The notes: generated from the sequence alone by a model not told the origin. 47,657 nt of DNA from Oscillospiraceae bacterium (GCA_029067025.1 JAIEFH010000041.1:1-47657), one strand, 5' to 3'. Shown: positions 19,500 to 28,379, counted from the first letter of the stretch. Made by a program: numbers and translations.

Positions 19500-21023
19500 A
19501 TGATGGAATATTTCTGGTACATACTGGCCTCGGCGTTGGCCGGGGTGGGCACGGGGCTGGTGGGACTGTCTGCGGCGACGGTGATGGTACCCATGCTCAT
19601 CGTGCTGTGTCCCTCCTTCTCCGGGGAGACGGGGGCTTACCAGGCCACCGCCATCGCCCTGGCTTCTGATATTTTGGGTTCCGCAGTTACCGCCGCCACC
19701 TATATCAAGCACAGGAACATCGACCTGCGCCGGGGATGGATCATGCTGGCGTGCATCATCGGGATGTGTACCGTGGGCAGCTTCGCCGCGTGGAGGGCCG
19801 GGAACGTAGTGCTGGGCGGCTTCACCCTCATCCTGACCTTCTGTATCGGTATCCGTTTTCTGGTGAAGCCCACCACAGAGCGGGAGGAGCCCCAGGCCAA
19901 AGGCGCGAGGCTGGACTGGAAAGGCGTTGCAGTGTCCCTGTTTTTTGGGCTGACCATCGGCTTTGGAACGGGCTTCGTGGGCTCCGGCGGGGGCATGATG
20001 ATGCTGGTGGTGTTTACCGCATTCCTGGGGATGGAGCTGAAGCCCGCCGTGGGCACCAGTACCTTCATCATGACCTTCACCGCCCTCATCGCCTCGGTGA
20101 GCCATATCCTGATCCACCCAGCCATCCTGCTGGAGCGTTGGCCGGTGCTGCTCCCGTGCATGGCGGTGGCTACGGCGGCGTCTCTGGTTTCCGCCCGCTT
20201 TGCCAACCGGGTGGATAATCGCACGGTTGGCCTGGTCACCGGCGTGGTGCTGACGGTACTGGGGGCGGCGCTCATCCTGCTGCACTACTGGGACTTGATC
20301 TCCGCCCAGCCGCTGGCGCTGTCCACCCTGCGGTGCTTTGGGGAATACCTGCTGTTCATCATTCCCGCGGCGGCGCTGCTGCTGATCCTGCACTTCGCGT
20401 TGGACATACCCCGGGTGGTGTTCCGCAAGCTTCTTCACCTGCCCGCGTTCTGCTCGGCGGCGGTAATCGTGTGGCGGGCGGACTCGTGGCAGGCGGCCAG
20501 CCTGACGCTGGTGCTGTTCGCCGCCATCGTGTACCCGGTGCTGTGCCTGGCCCAGCGGTGGGAGGGCTACGACAGCCTGCTCGTCCAGAAAGCGCCGGGG
20601 GAGATCAAAAAGAGCCTGCTTTTGCTGTTCCTGTGCGATGCCGCGCTGGTAGCCCTGTGCTGGGGAGCGTTTGACCTGCCCTGGGCGGCGGTAGCCGCCA
20701 TCCTCATGTGGGGCAGCGGAGACGGCGCGGCAGCGCTGGTGGGCCACAGGTTTGGCAAACATCATGTGCGCCTGCCTCTGGCCGACCCGAAAAAGACCTG
20801 GGAGGGTTCCGCCGCCATGGCAGGGGTGTCCACGGCGGTGGGGACTGTGACGATGGTGATTCTGACGGCCATGCCCTGGTGGCGGTGTCTGCTGATGGCG
20901 GTGGCCGCGTCTGTTTTTGGGGCGTACACGGAGCTCATCTCCCGGAATGGGGACGATACGGTGACAGTTCCGGTGGTGAATGCGGCGGTGCTGCTGGTAC
21001 TGCATGTTCTGTTGGGAAAATAG
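19500..21023 (+). CDS. TauE/SafE (TSUP) permease fused to a CTP-dependent prenol kinase/cytidylyltransferase-like domain
   Basis: N-half TSUP motifs (GFVGSGGG, AVGTS); C-half FRKLLH, GDGAAALVGHRFGK, KKTWEGS, DDTVTVP. Confidence 0.75.
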   Translation: MMEYFWYILASALAGVGTGLVGLSAATVMVPMLIVLCPSFSGETGAYQATAIALASDILGSAVTAATYIKHRNIDLRRGWIMLACIIGMCTVGSFAAWRAGNVVLGGFTLILTFCIGIRFLVKPTTEREEPQAKGARLDWKGVAVSLFFGLTIGFGTGFVGSGGGMMMLVVFTAFLGMELKPAVGTSTFIMTFTALIASVSHILIHPAILLERWPVLLPCMAVATAASLVSARFANRVDNRTVGLVTGVVLTVLGAALILLHYWDLISAQPLALSTLRCFGEYLLFIIPAAALLLILHFALDIPRVVFRKLLHLPAFCSAAVIVWRADSWQAASLTLVLFAAIVYPVLCLAQRWEGYDSLLVQKAPGEIKKSLLLLFLCDAALVALCWGAFDLPWAAVAAILMWGSGDGAAALVGHRFGKHHVRLPLADPKKTWEGSAAMAGVSTAVGTVTMVILTAMPWWRCLLMAVAASVFGAYTELISRNGDDTVTVPVVNAAVLLVLHVLLGK

Positions 21024-21054
21024 AGGGCCGGAGCGGTGATCCCGCTCCGGCCCT
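21024..21054. terminator. GC hairpin between convergent genes; near-identical to 22895-22925
   Basis: AGGGCCGGAGCGG-tgatc-CCGCTCCGGCCCT. Confidence 0.75.
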
Positions 21055-21089
21055 TGCTCCAAAGTTTTTCCGCATGATGTGTCCTTCCG

Positions 21090-21707
21090 CTATCGAATGA
21101 AGTTGGTGACCTGGCGTGGTTCCTGCGCCGGCAGGCCGTACTTCTCCTTGCCCAGGGCAATGCTTTTCATCAGGAACGTCATGTTCCGGGCCAGGGCGCG
21201 CATGGTCTGGAGTCCCTCCGCGTCCTGGGCGGCCTCCCCGGGCAGCCTGCCGTGGACGCTGTTCCAATACTGGCTGGAGGCCAGCGGCATCCCAGAGATG
21301 GTGAAAAACTTGTTCAGCTCGTCAAAAGTAGCGGACAGCCCGCCCCGGCGGGCCACCACCACGCTGGCCCCCACCTTCATGGTTTTGTCAAAGGGGGTGC
21401 TGTAGAACAGGCGGGTGAGCAGGGCCACCAGGGTGGCGTTGGCCGAGGCGTAGTACACCGGGCTGCCTACCACCAGGCCGTCGCTGGCCTCGAATTTGGG
21501 GGCCAGCTCGTTGACGATGTCATCAAATACGCATTTGCCCAGCTTGGCACAGCCGCCGCAGGCCACACAACCGCGGATATCCCGGTTCCCCACCTGGATC
21601 AGTTCGGTTTCCACACCCTCCGCCTGGAAGGTCTGCTCCATCTCCCGCAAGGCGGTGGATGTGTTCCCCTGGGGACGGGGACTGCCGTTGAGCATCAAAA
21701 CTTTCAT
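21090..21707 (-). CDS. Flavodoxin family / iron-sulfur flavoprotein
   Basis: NGSPRPQGNT, CVACGGC...C, GSPVYYA, RRGG, SSQYWN. Confidence 0.9.
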   Translation of the reverse strand: MKVLMLNGSPRPQGNTSTALREMEQTFQAEGVETELIQVGNRDIRGCVACGGCAKLGKCVFDDIVNELAPKFEASDGLVVGSPVYYASANATLVALLTRLFYSTPFDKTMKVGASVVVARRGGLSATFDELNKFFTISGMPLASSQYWNSVHGRLPGEAAQDAEGLQTMRALARNMTFLMKSIALGKEKYGLPAQEPRQVTNFIR

Positions 21708-21748
21708 ATCAATCTGCCTCCTGTTATAAAATATTTTGGGAAAGGCCC

Positions 21749-21970
21749 TCACCATTCCCGTTTAATCTCGCGCTCCTCCACTTGGTAACGCTGGAGGAAT
21801 TCCGCGAGATCCTTATCGTCGCGCAGCAGCATCAATTCCTCGAATCTGCCGCTGACCGGGTCTTTGAAGCCAGCCACCTGCTCGCCGGTGCAGATGCTGC
21901 ATCGGATGATTGGGACTTTCCCGCTTTTGTCATAAGCGGACACAGCCGCTTTCTTCCGTCTGCCAAACAT
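21749..21970 (-). CDS. Small conserved hypothetical protein (RCSICTGEQVAGFKD family)
   Basis: AAGGGG RBS; recognisable conserved motif of a Clostridial small-protein family. Confidence 0.75.
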   Translation of the reverse strand: MFGRRKKAAVSAYDKSGKVPIIRCSICTGEQVAGFKDPVSGRFEELMLLRDDKDLAEFLQRYQVEEREIKREW

Positions 21971-22517
21971 CACGGATTCCCCCTTAGACACGCTTCCAGA
22001 AGTCCTTGGCACCCAGCCAGCACATCCTGCCAGGTGGTTTCGAAGTCGTTCGTATACCACGGGTCGGCTTTGCGGGGGCCCCTTTGCGGCGGTCTGTAAA
22101 GTCCATCAACAGGTGCATTTTGCCGCCGGGATCGCCCCCACAGATAAGAACGCTCGTCATCGTTCACACGCTCCTGCAAATTTATGGTGAGGATCCGGTC
22201 ATGGTTCAATGGATCACAGATTGAGCCAGACCAGCCCAACAAAAGGGCACCGCTTCATTACCAATCATATTGCATTCAGAATTCAGGCAGTGATGTTTGA
22301 TTTTGTCATAGTCACAGTAATTGATCATCATGCACCCCAAGAATAACCGATGCGCTGTTTGAACGAGCCTCAAATATTATAACACACCGCGTTAGCGGTG
22401 TCGAGCAAATCAATCTATTGTGTTCAGGATGCGCTTGTTTCAATAGATTTTTGCGGAGAGCTGTGATATAATGCGGCACTGGAAAACCAAACCACGTCCC
22501 GGAGCGCGAATCCGCTG

Positions 22518-22775
22518 TTGGTAGATCTGGCCTCGGTGGGCTTCGTGGACCGCATCGGCTACCGGGCGTCCATGGTGCTGGCCCACACCCTGGCCGCACT
22601 GGGGCTTGCCCTGCTGGCCATCCTGCCCGAGCTGCTCCCCAGCCCCTTCGTGGGCATCCTGCTGTCGGTGTGCATCTATGCCGTGGGCGGCGGCCTGCTG
22701 GAAGTGTTCCCCATCCTGCTGTTGGCGGGGCTTTGGCTCAGCGGAAGGGCTGTGAAACCCGCCACAAAGGGTTGA
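22518..22775 (+). pseudogene. MFS transporter fragment
   Basis: GFVDRIGYR MFS motif A and GGGLLEV, then jumps to a C-terminal-like tail; no start or RBS. Confidence 0.7.
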
Positions 22776-22894
22776 AAACGGCGAAAAGATTTATTACTTT
22801 TGTAACATTTCCCCCCGAATTTTTGTAATGAAACGCCACTATTATAAGACTTGCAAGAGATGCTTTTCTTTTTCATTCTATCCTCCATCTTCAA

Positions 22895-22930
22895 AGGGCC
22901 GGAGCGGCGATTCCGCTCCGGCCCTCTTTC
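22895..22930 (+). terminator. Terminator hairpin ending a candidate sRNA
   Basis: AGGGCCGGAGCGG-cgatt-CCGCTCCGGCCCT then CTTTC. Confidence 0.7.
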
Positions 22931-23188
22931 TGCGCCCAGGCTGTTATCTGCTTACGCAATTGATATAGTTCGTTTAAGCGGCTATAATATATATGGAAAA
23001 TTTTAATATTCAGTTAATACTAATCGTGTGTTTATGTAAGACTGGTGGATTATACTGCTTTTATGATTAGGAATATTAAAAAATCATGTCTGATAAAGGA
23101 AGGTTGATATATGATGCGAAGATATTAAAGCAGCCGCATTGATAATGATTATTCACGGCGGATTTATGGAAATTGGTGGGGTGTGCTT

Positions 23189-23866
23189 ATGGCAAACATT
23201 TTGATTGCGGATGATGAAAGAGAGATTGTCCGCTTACTGCGGATTTATATTGAAGCCAACAGCAATAAGGTTTTCGAGGCAAATGACGGGGAGACCGCTT
23301 TGCAGATTTTGAAAACGGAAAGCATTGATCTTGCGATTGTCGATATTATGATGCCCCGCAAAAACGGGTATGAAATCATCAAGCATATCCGCAAGAACAG
23401 CAATATGCCTATTCTGATCATATCCGCGAAGGTAGATCTGTCTGACCGTGTGTTTGGCATTGATTTAGGCGCGGATGATTACATTGCCAAGCCCTTTGAG
23501 CCGTTGGAGGTCGCGGCAAAGGTCCGTGCCGCCCTGCGCCGGGTGGGGGTGCAGGGTGATAGCCTGAAGGAAAAGAGCAGGATCGAGGTCGGTTCCCTTG
23601 TGCTGGATTGTGACGAGTGCGTGGCAGTCTGTGATGGAGTGACAATGGAACTGACCAAAGCGGAGTACAAGGTGTTGGAACTGTTGATGCGGCAGCCCCG
23701 CAGGGTGTTCACCAAAGAACAAATTTATGAATACGCATGGGAGAATGGACAGGCTGTTGATGATAATGCCATCCGCGTCATTATCAGCCGCCTGCGTGAC
23801 AAAATCGGAAGCGATACCATCAAGACCATTCGAGGCCTTGGGTACAGATTGGAGCCCCATGGATAA
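23189..23866 (+). CDS. OmpR/PhoB family response regulator
   Basis: ILIADDE, VDIMMP, GADDYIAKPF, winged helix IKTIRGLGYR. Confidence 0.93.
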   Translation: MANILIADDEREIVRLLRIYIEANSNKVFEANDGETALQILKTESIDLAIVDIMMPRKNGYEIIKHIRKNSNMPILIISAKVDLSDRVFGIDLGADDYIAKPFEPLEVAAKVRAALRRVGVQGDSLKEKSRIEVGSLVLDCDECVAVCDGVTMELTKAEYKVLELLMRQPRRVFTKEQIYEYAWENGQAVDDNAIRVIISRLRDKIGSDTIKTIRGLGYRLEPHG

Positions 23867-24791
23867 GCTGAAGAAAAAGATCATTAAATACTTTGTATTA
23901 TTTGCTTGCTGCCTTTCAGTCGTTGAAGCACTATGGGAGGGAACACTGAGCGGTATTCTTTTTTCGATGCTGGGAAGCAGAGAGCCTCCCCTCCTTTTTG
24001 TGCCGGTTATGTTTCTGGTGGAATGTTCAGTCTTTATTGTGTTTGCGTATTTATTTTACCATTTCGTAAGTAAAGCCATTGCCGCGGAAAGCAAACGGCA
24101 GATCGGCAAGAGAAATATGCAGTATTCCCAGATCTGCCATGATCTGAAAACGCCGATGACCTCGGTGCAGGGCTTTGCGGCGGCTCTGCGGGACGGGAAG
24201 ATCAGGCCGGAGGAACAAGACGAGATATTTCAGATCATTTACAGCAAAAGCTGCTACATGAATGAACTGGTGGAAAGCCTGTTTGCCTATTCCAAGCTGG
24301 ACACAGATGATTATCAGCTATCTCGCAAAAAGTTGGATATATGCTCCCTGGTGCGTAATCTTGTCGCCATGAACTATAACGAGTTTGATGAAAGGGATAT
24401 GGAATTGCATCTCGATATCCCAGACGATCCGTTGTTCTGCTATGCGGACGAAAAGGAACTGAAGCGTGGTATCAGCAATCTGATCATCAATACCTACAAG
24501 CATAATCCGAATAGGACAAAGGCGCTGATCCAGGTCTATTGCCATAAAAAAGATGCCTATGTGGTCGTGGCGGACAACGGTAATCCGATACCGCCGGAGC
24601 AGGAGCGTTTCATCTTTGAACCGTTTATGTGTGGGGATGAGGCAAGAACCAGCGGCAATGGGAGCGGCCTTGGACTTGCGATCTCGCAGATCATCGTGAG
24701 AAAGCATGGCGGGGATCTGTATATTTCAAAGGATATCGATGGCTGCACCAAAGGGTTTGTGATAAAGCTGCCGGTCAAGGTGTCGTCATGA
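23859..24791 (+). CDS. Sensor histidine kinase (2 TM, very short extracellular loop)
   Basis: HDLKTPMTSVQG H-box, NLIINTYKH, DNG, GSGLGLAI. Confidence 0.92.
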   Translation: MDKLKKKIIKYFVLFACCLSVVEALWEGTLSGILFSMLGSREPPLLFVPVMFLVECSVFIVFAYLFYHFVSKAIAAESKRQIGKRNMQYSQICHDLKTPMTSVQGFAAALRDGKIRPEEQDEIFQIIYSKSCYMNELVESLFAYSKLDTDDYQLSRKKLDICSLVRNLVAMNYNEFDERDMELHLDIPDDPLFCYADEKELKRGISNLIINTYKHNPNRTKALIQVYCHKKDAYVVVADNGNPIPPEQERFIFEPFMCGDEARTSGNGSGLGLAISQIIVRKHGGDLYISKDIDGCTKGFVIKLPVKVSS

Positions 24792-24807
24792 CATATTGGA
24801 GAAAAAC

Positions 24808-24978
24808 ATGAAAATAGAATGGATACGCTGCCCTGTCTGCGGGGGCAAAACAAGATTGCGGATACGGGAAAATACAGAACTGAAAAACTTCCCACTCTAC
24901 TGTCCGAAGTGCAGGCAGGAAAGTCTGATTGAAGCAAAGAATTTTCATATAACAGTTGTTACAGAGCCAGACGCATAG
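24808..24978 (+). CDS. Cysteine-rich KTR domain protein (conjugative transposon accessory)
   Basis: WIRCPVCGGKTR...NFPLYCPKCRQE...EPDA. Confidence 0.88.
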   Translation: MKIEWIRCPVCGGKTRLRIRENTELKNFPLYCPKCRQESLIEAKNFHITVVTEPDA

Positions 24979-24982
24979 ACGC

Positions 24983-25030
24983 AGAGCCGATGAACTTGTG
25001 AGCGATCACAGATCATCGGCTCTTTCTTTT
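24983..25030 (+). terminator. Rho-independent terminator
   Basis: AGAGCCGATGA...TCATCGGCTCT plus T-rich tail. Confidence 0.75.
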
Positions 25031-25031
25031 T

Positions 25032-25133
25032 CGCAAGACGGTCCGCCGCAACAATACCAGCGGCGTGCCCGGCGTGGAGTGGTGGATGTCCAAACAGCGG
25101 TGGCGCGCGTCCATCTGCTTCAAGGGCAGGCGG
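25032..25133 (+). pseudogene. AP2-type DNA-binding domain fragment
   Basis: Own translation RKTVRRNNTSGVPGVEWWMSKQRWRASICFKGRR (NTSGxxGV..W..W.A.I AP2 motif); no start. Confidence 0.6.
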
Positions 25134-25247
25134 CCGATCCTAAATCCATGGAAAGGGGGGAGCGTCATGAAAAACGCGGCTGAGCCCTGGCAATGGCCCG
25201 CCGTCGGGCGCGCCGATGGCGGCGGGGTGACAGGGGACCGGCGCGTC

Positions 25248-25428
25248 GGCAAACCATTGGAAACGATGGGACGCAAAGCCAGGGGCTCAGGTCGTCCTCT
25301 AGGGCCCCCGCGCGAGCCCAACGAAGTGGGTCGCGTGGGGAGAGGAGGAGCAAGGGAGCGAAACGGATGCCCGCCGAAAGGCGGGCGGAGTGGAGCGGAC
25401 TTTGCGACGACGAGTTCGACCGGCTGCA
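25248..25428 (+). promoter_or_regulatory. c-di-GMP-I (GEMM-I) riboswitch aptamer 1, P3 expanded by an inserted repeat
   Basis: GGCAAA-CCATTG-GAAA-CGATGG-GACGCAAAGCC...CCGGCTGCA matches the GEMM-I core; GGGCTC/GAGTTC and GTCGTC/GACGAC close P3. Confidence 0.82.
25291..25414 (+). repeat. Dispersed multi-hairpin (REP/MITE-like) element, copy 2
   Basis: 19-bp identity with 12633-12651 plus colinear downstream blocks. Confidence 0.75.
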
Positions 25429-25514
25429 CGCAAACCACGGGAAACCGTGCGACGCAAAGCCAGAGGCTAAGGGGCGGTACGGCTTAAGTGCCGCGCTATG
25501 CCCGTTCGGCTGCC
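25429..25514 (+). promoter_or_regulatory. c-di-GMP-I (GEMM-I) riboswitch aptamer 2
   Basis: GCAAA-CCACGG-GAAA-CCGTG-CGACGCAAAGCC, tetraloop receptor CTAAG/TATG, ends GGCTGCC. Confidence 0.8.
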
Positions 25515-25556
25515 GGACCCTTTGCGTCCGAAATATGCAAAGAAAGGAAGAAAAAC

Positions 25557-27905
25557 ATGAAGAAACTGAACAAGATCCTGTCCGTTGTGCTGTCCCTGAC
25601 GCTGTGCGCCGGGCTTGTCGCGCCGGCATTGGCCGTCACCTACGACATCGGCAACGGCGATGTCCATGTGGAAAAAGACAAGGACGGCGTGTACAGCTAC
25701 CAGGGCAAAAAAGCCGAGGCGGAGATCTCCCGGGATACGGACATCACCGTCACCGGCACCAGCGTTCACAAGGCCGCGGAGAAAGACGAGGATGGGAACG
25801 TGGTCGAGCCCGAGGTCACGGGGCACACCATCAGTGTGGCGAACGGCGTCACCGACACCACCATCACCCTGAAGGGCGTCTACATCGATGTCAGCGCTAC
25901 GGGCATTAATATCGCGGGCAAGTGTGCGTTCAATATCCAAGGCGAATCCACCGACGTGACCGTGGAGCTGGACGGCGAGAACACCCTGAGAAGCGCCCAG
26001 TCAAGCAGCGGCCTGGGGGTGAACCAAGGCGCCTCCGTCACCATCCGGGACGGGGATGAAGACGGCATTGGCAGCCTGACGGCCGAAGGCGGCTTGTATG
26101 GTGCCGGCATCGGCGGCGGAAAGACCGGCGATATCACCATCGAGGGCGGTAATGTGACGGCCAAGGGCGGCACCTATGGCACTGGCATCGGCGGCAGCAA
26201 CGGCGGAAAGGTCGGCAATATCACCATCACGGGCGATGGCACCACCGTGACGGCCCGCGGCAGCGGCAGCGCCGCCATCGGCGGCGGCCGCAACGGCGGG
26301 ACGGTCGAAAGTATCACCATCACGGGCGGCAGCACCGTGACGGCCACGAACCCCTCTCAGGGCGCCGGCATCGGCGGCGGGTTTGCCGGATCGGCCGGCG
26401 ACATCACCATCTCGGGTGAAGGCACCACCGTGACGGCCACAGGCGGTGAGAACGCCGCCGGCATCGGAGGCGGCAGCTTCGGATCGGTTGGCAATATCAT
26501 CATCGAGGGCGGCAGCACTGTGACAGCCACAGCCACAGGCAGCGGCGGCGCCGGCATCGGCAGCGGCCGTAAAGGGACGGCCGGCGATATCACCATCAAG
26601 GGTAACGGCACCACCGTGACGGCCACAGGCGGCGCGGGCGCCGCCGGCATCGGCGCAGGCAATGGCGGCGGTGCTTTCGGCGCGGTCAGGATCACCGGCG
26701 GCGACATCGTGGCCCGATCCGGCTATCAGGCTTCTGCCATCGGCAACGGAGACAGCGGAACAGGCGGCACCATTGCCATTCAGGGCGTGAACAGCCTGAT
26801 CGCGCTGGGCGACTACTACTTTGCTGTTGATACCCGCAGCGACACGGACGGCGTTGAACAGACCATCCTGAACGGCAGGTTCCTGGAGGAGATCGGCGCA
26901 ACCGACAGCAACGGCCTGACCAAGGTGGAGGAGATCGAGTTTGTGATCGTCAACGCCCAGGGCGAGACGGTCAAGACCTTTACCCTGAAGCCCCGGGTCA
27001 GTACCAATATGTACGACTCCTTCGCGGTAAACCTGGCTGAGGGCGGTACCTACTACGTGTTCCCCAAGAGCGCGGAAAGCTATGGCGGTTCCCTTACCGG
27101 TTACGGGACCGACGGCAAACAGGTGGCGTGTGTTATTGAGGAGAATGATATGCTCAACGCTGACCTAATGCAGTTCCCGTCCTTTGAGGTAAGCTACCGC
27201 TTTGTCAGCGGCACCGAGGGCCAGGAGCTGCCCGAAAGCGTTACCGCCATCGCCCCCGCCAGCGAGAGCGGCAAAAAAGTGACCATGGATCAGATGAATG
27301 AGCTGATTTCCGCCACCCAGACGTATGCGGATGTTGCAGCCAGGAACGGCACCTGGCACTTTGAGAGCTGGACTGGCAGCAAGGAAGCCGTCGACGAGAA
27401 CGGTATGCTGACGGATGTGGAACTGGTGGGCACCTGGACGTTCACGCCCGCTCCCGTGACCGACCCCACCGTGGAGATCGACGGCGTGGACGTCCCCCTG
27501 GCGGGCCTGTTCACCCGGGCCGACGCCATCGGCTACCTGTGGCAGCAGGCCGGCAGCCCCGAGTGGGAGCTGTCTACCTTTGAGGATGTGCCTGAGGACC
27601 ACCAGTGGGCGGTCGCCATCGGCTGGGCCCAGGACATGGGCATCGCCCTGCCTGACCTGGACGGCAACTTCCGCCCCGACGACCTGGTGGAGCGCAGCGT
27701 GGCCGACATCGCGCTCAAACCCGAGGGCGAGCTGGAGCAGTTCCTGAACCGCTACGCGGTGTACGCCGGAATCGAGCTGGACGAGGATGAGCTGTTCATC
27801 GAGCTGGCCGGCGCCCCGGACGACGTCATCATGGGCGAGGAAGCCCAGGTCATCTTTGACGATTTCTTCGCCAAGCTGGAGACGGCCCTGGCCCAGGCGG
27901 CGTAA
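25557..27905 (+). CDS. Secreted surface protein with Gly-rich GAGIGGG beta-solenoid-like repeats and a C-terminal SLH-like segment
   Basis: Signal peptide MKKLNKILSVV...ALA; repeats; TRADAIGYLWQQAGSP...FEDVPEDHQWAVAIGWA. Confidence 0.85.
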   Translation: MKKLNKILSVVLSLTLCAGLVAPALAVTYDIGNGDVHVEKDKDGVYSYQGKKAEAEISRDTDITVTGTSVHKAAEKDEDGNVVEPEVTGHTISVANGVTDTTITLKGVYIDVSATGINIAGKCAFNIQGESTDVTVELDGENTLRSAQSSSGLGVNQGASVTIRDGDEDGIGSLTAEGGLYGAGIGGGKTGDITIEGGNVTAKGGTYGTGIGGSNGGKVGNITITGDGTTVTARGSGSAAIGGGRNGGTVESITITGGSTVTATNPSQGAGIGGGFAGSAGDITISGEGTTVTATGGENAAGIGGGSFGSVGNIIIEGGSTVTATATGSGGAGIGSGRKGTAGDITIKGNGTTVTATGGAGAAGIGAGNGGGAFGAVRITGGDIVARSGYQASAIGNGDSGTGGTIAIQGVNSLIALGDYYFAVDTRSDTDGVEQTILNGRFLEEIGATDSNGLTKVEEIEFVIVNAQGETVKTFTLKPRVSTNMYDSFAVNLAEGGTYYVFPKSAESYGGSLTGYGTDGKQVACVIEENDMLNADLMQFPSFEVSYRFVSGTEGQELPESVTAIAPASESGKKVTMDQMNELISATQTYADVAARNGTWHFESWTGSKEAVDENGMLTDVELVGTWTFTPAPVTDPTVEIDGVDVPLAGLFTRADAIGYLWQQAGSPEWELSTFEDVPEDHQWAVAIGWAQDMGIALPDLDGNFRPDDLVERSVADIALKPEGELEQFLNRYAVYAGIELDEDELFIELAGAPDDVIMGEEAQVIFDDFFAKLETALAQAA
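26097..26785 (+). repeat. About 7 imperfect ~30-aa coding repeats (GAGIGGG..G.ITI.G..TVTA.G)
   Basis: Visible in translation and as recurring GGCATCGGCGGC / CACCGTGACGGCC in DNA. Confidence 0.8.
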
Positions 27906-27940
27906 GCCGGCTCCGCGCCCAAAACAAAAACCCAAGCAAG

Positions 27941-27973
27941 AGGCCCCGGGGGTCAATCCTCCGGGGCCTTTTT
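27941..27973 (+). terminator. Rho-independent terminator
   Basis: AGGCCCCGGGGG-tcaat-CCTCCGGGGCCT plus TTTT. Confidence 0.85.
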
Positions 27974-28037
27974 GGGCGGAGCAGCCTGCGGCGCGCTTCT
28001 GATCGCCGCGTTTTGTGATGCTCCGAACGATCATTCA

Positions 28038-28159
28038 GATGAGAGCGATCATCTCCATGTGCACATGATGGCGTGGTCCAGTCCGGGGAGAGAGGGCTGG
28101 ATCAGGACGGCATCCGCGCCATCCGCTCCCGGCTGACCAACCAGATCCTTCAACAGGAG
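28038..28159 (+). pseudogene. MobP3/MobL-type relaxase fragment, frameshifted
   Basis: Own translation DESDHLHVHMMAWSS (HUH motif), then in another frame LDQDGIRAIRSRLTNQILQQE. Confidence 0.6.
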
Positions 28160-28379
28160 GCGAGCCAATGAAACGGCACAGAAAGCTGTGAAAATATTTT
28201 ATTGTCTGCTGGAATGGTTTTTGCGGAGGCTGAGGGGAAACCGGTAGGCGTGTGCGTTCGAGACGGGCCAGTTTGGAAAAACAGCTTCCAAAAAGCAAAA
28301 TTTCAAGGCCCTCGGATCTCTCCATCCGAGGGCCTTGGATGTGTTGAAAACACTGGCTTTGCGGTCGATATAGCATTTT

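Noticed and set aside
26097-26785. Recurring GGCATCGGCGGC motifs as an array or DGR template/variable repeat pair
   Set aside because: Explained by Gly-rich protein repeats; no reverse transcriptase and no adenine-specific variation pattern seen.
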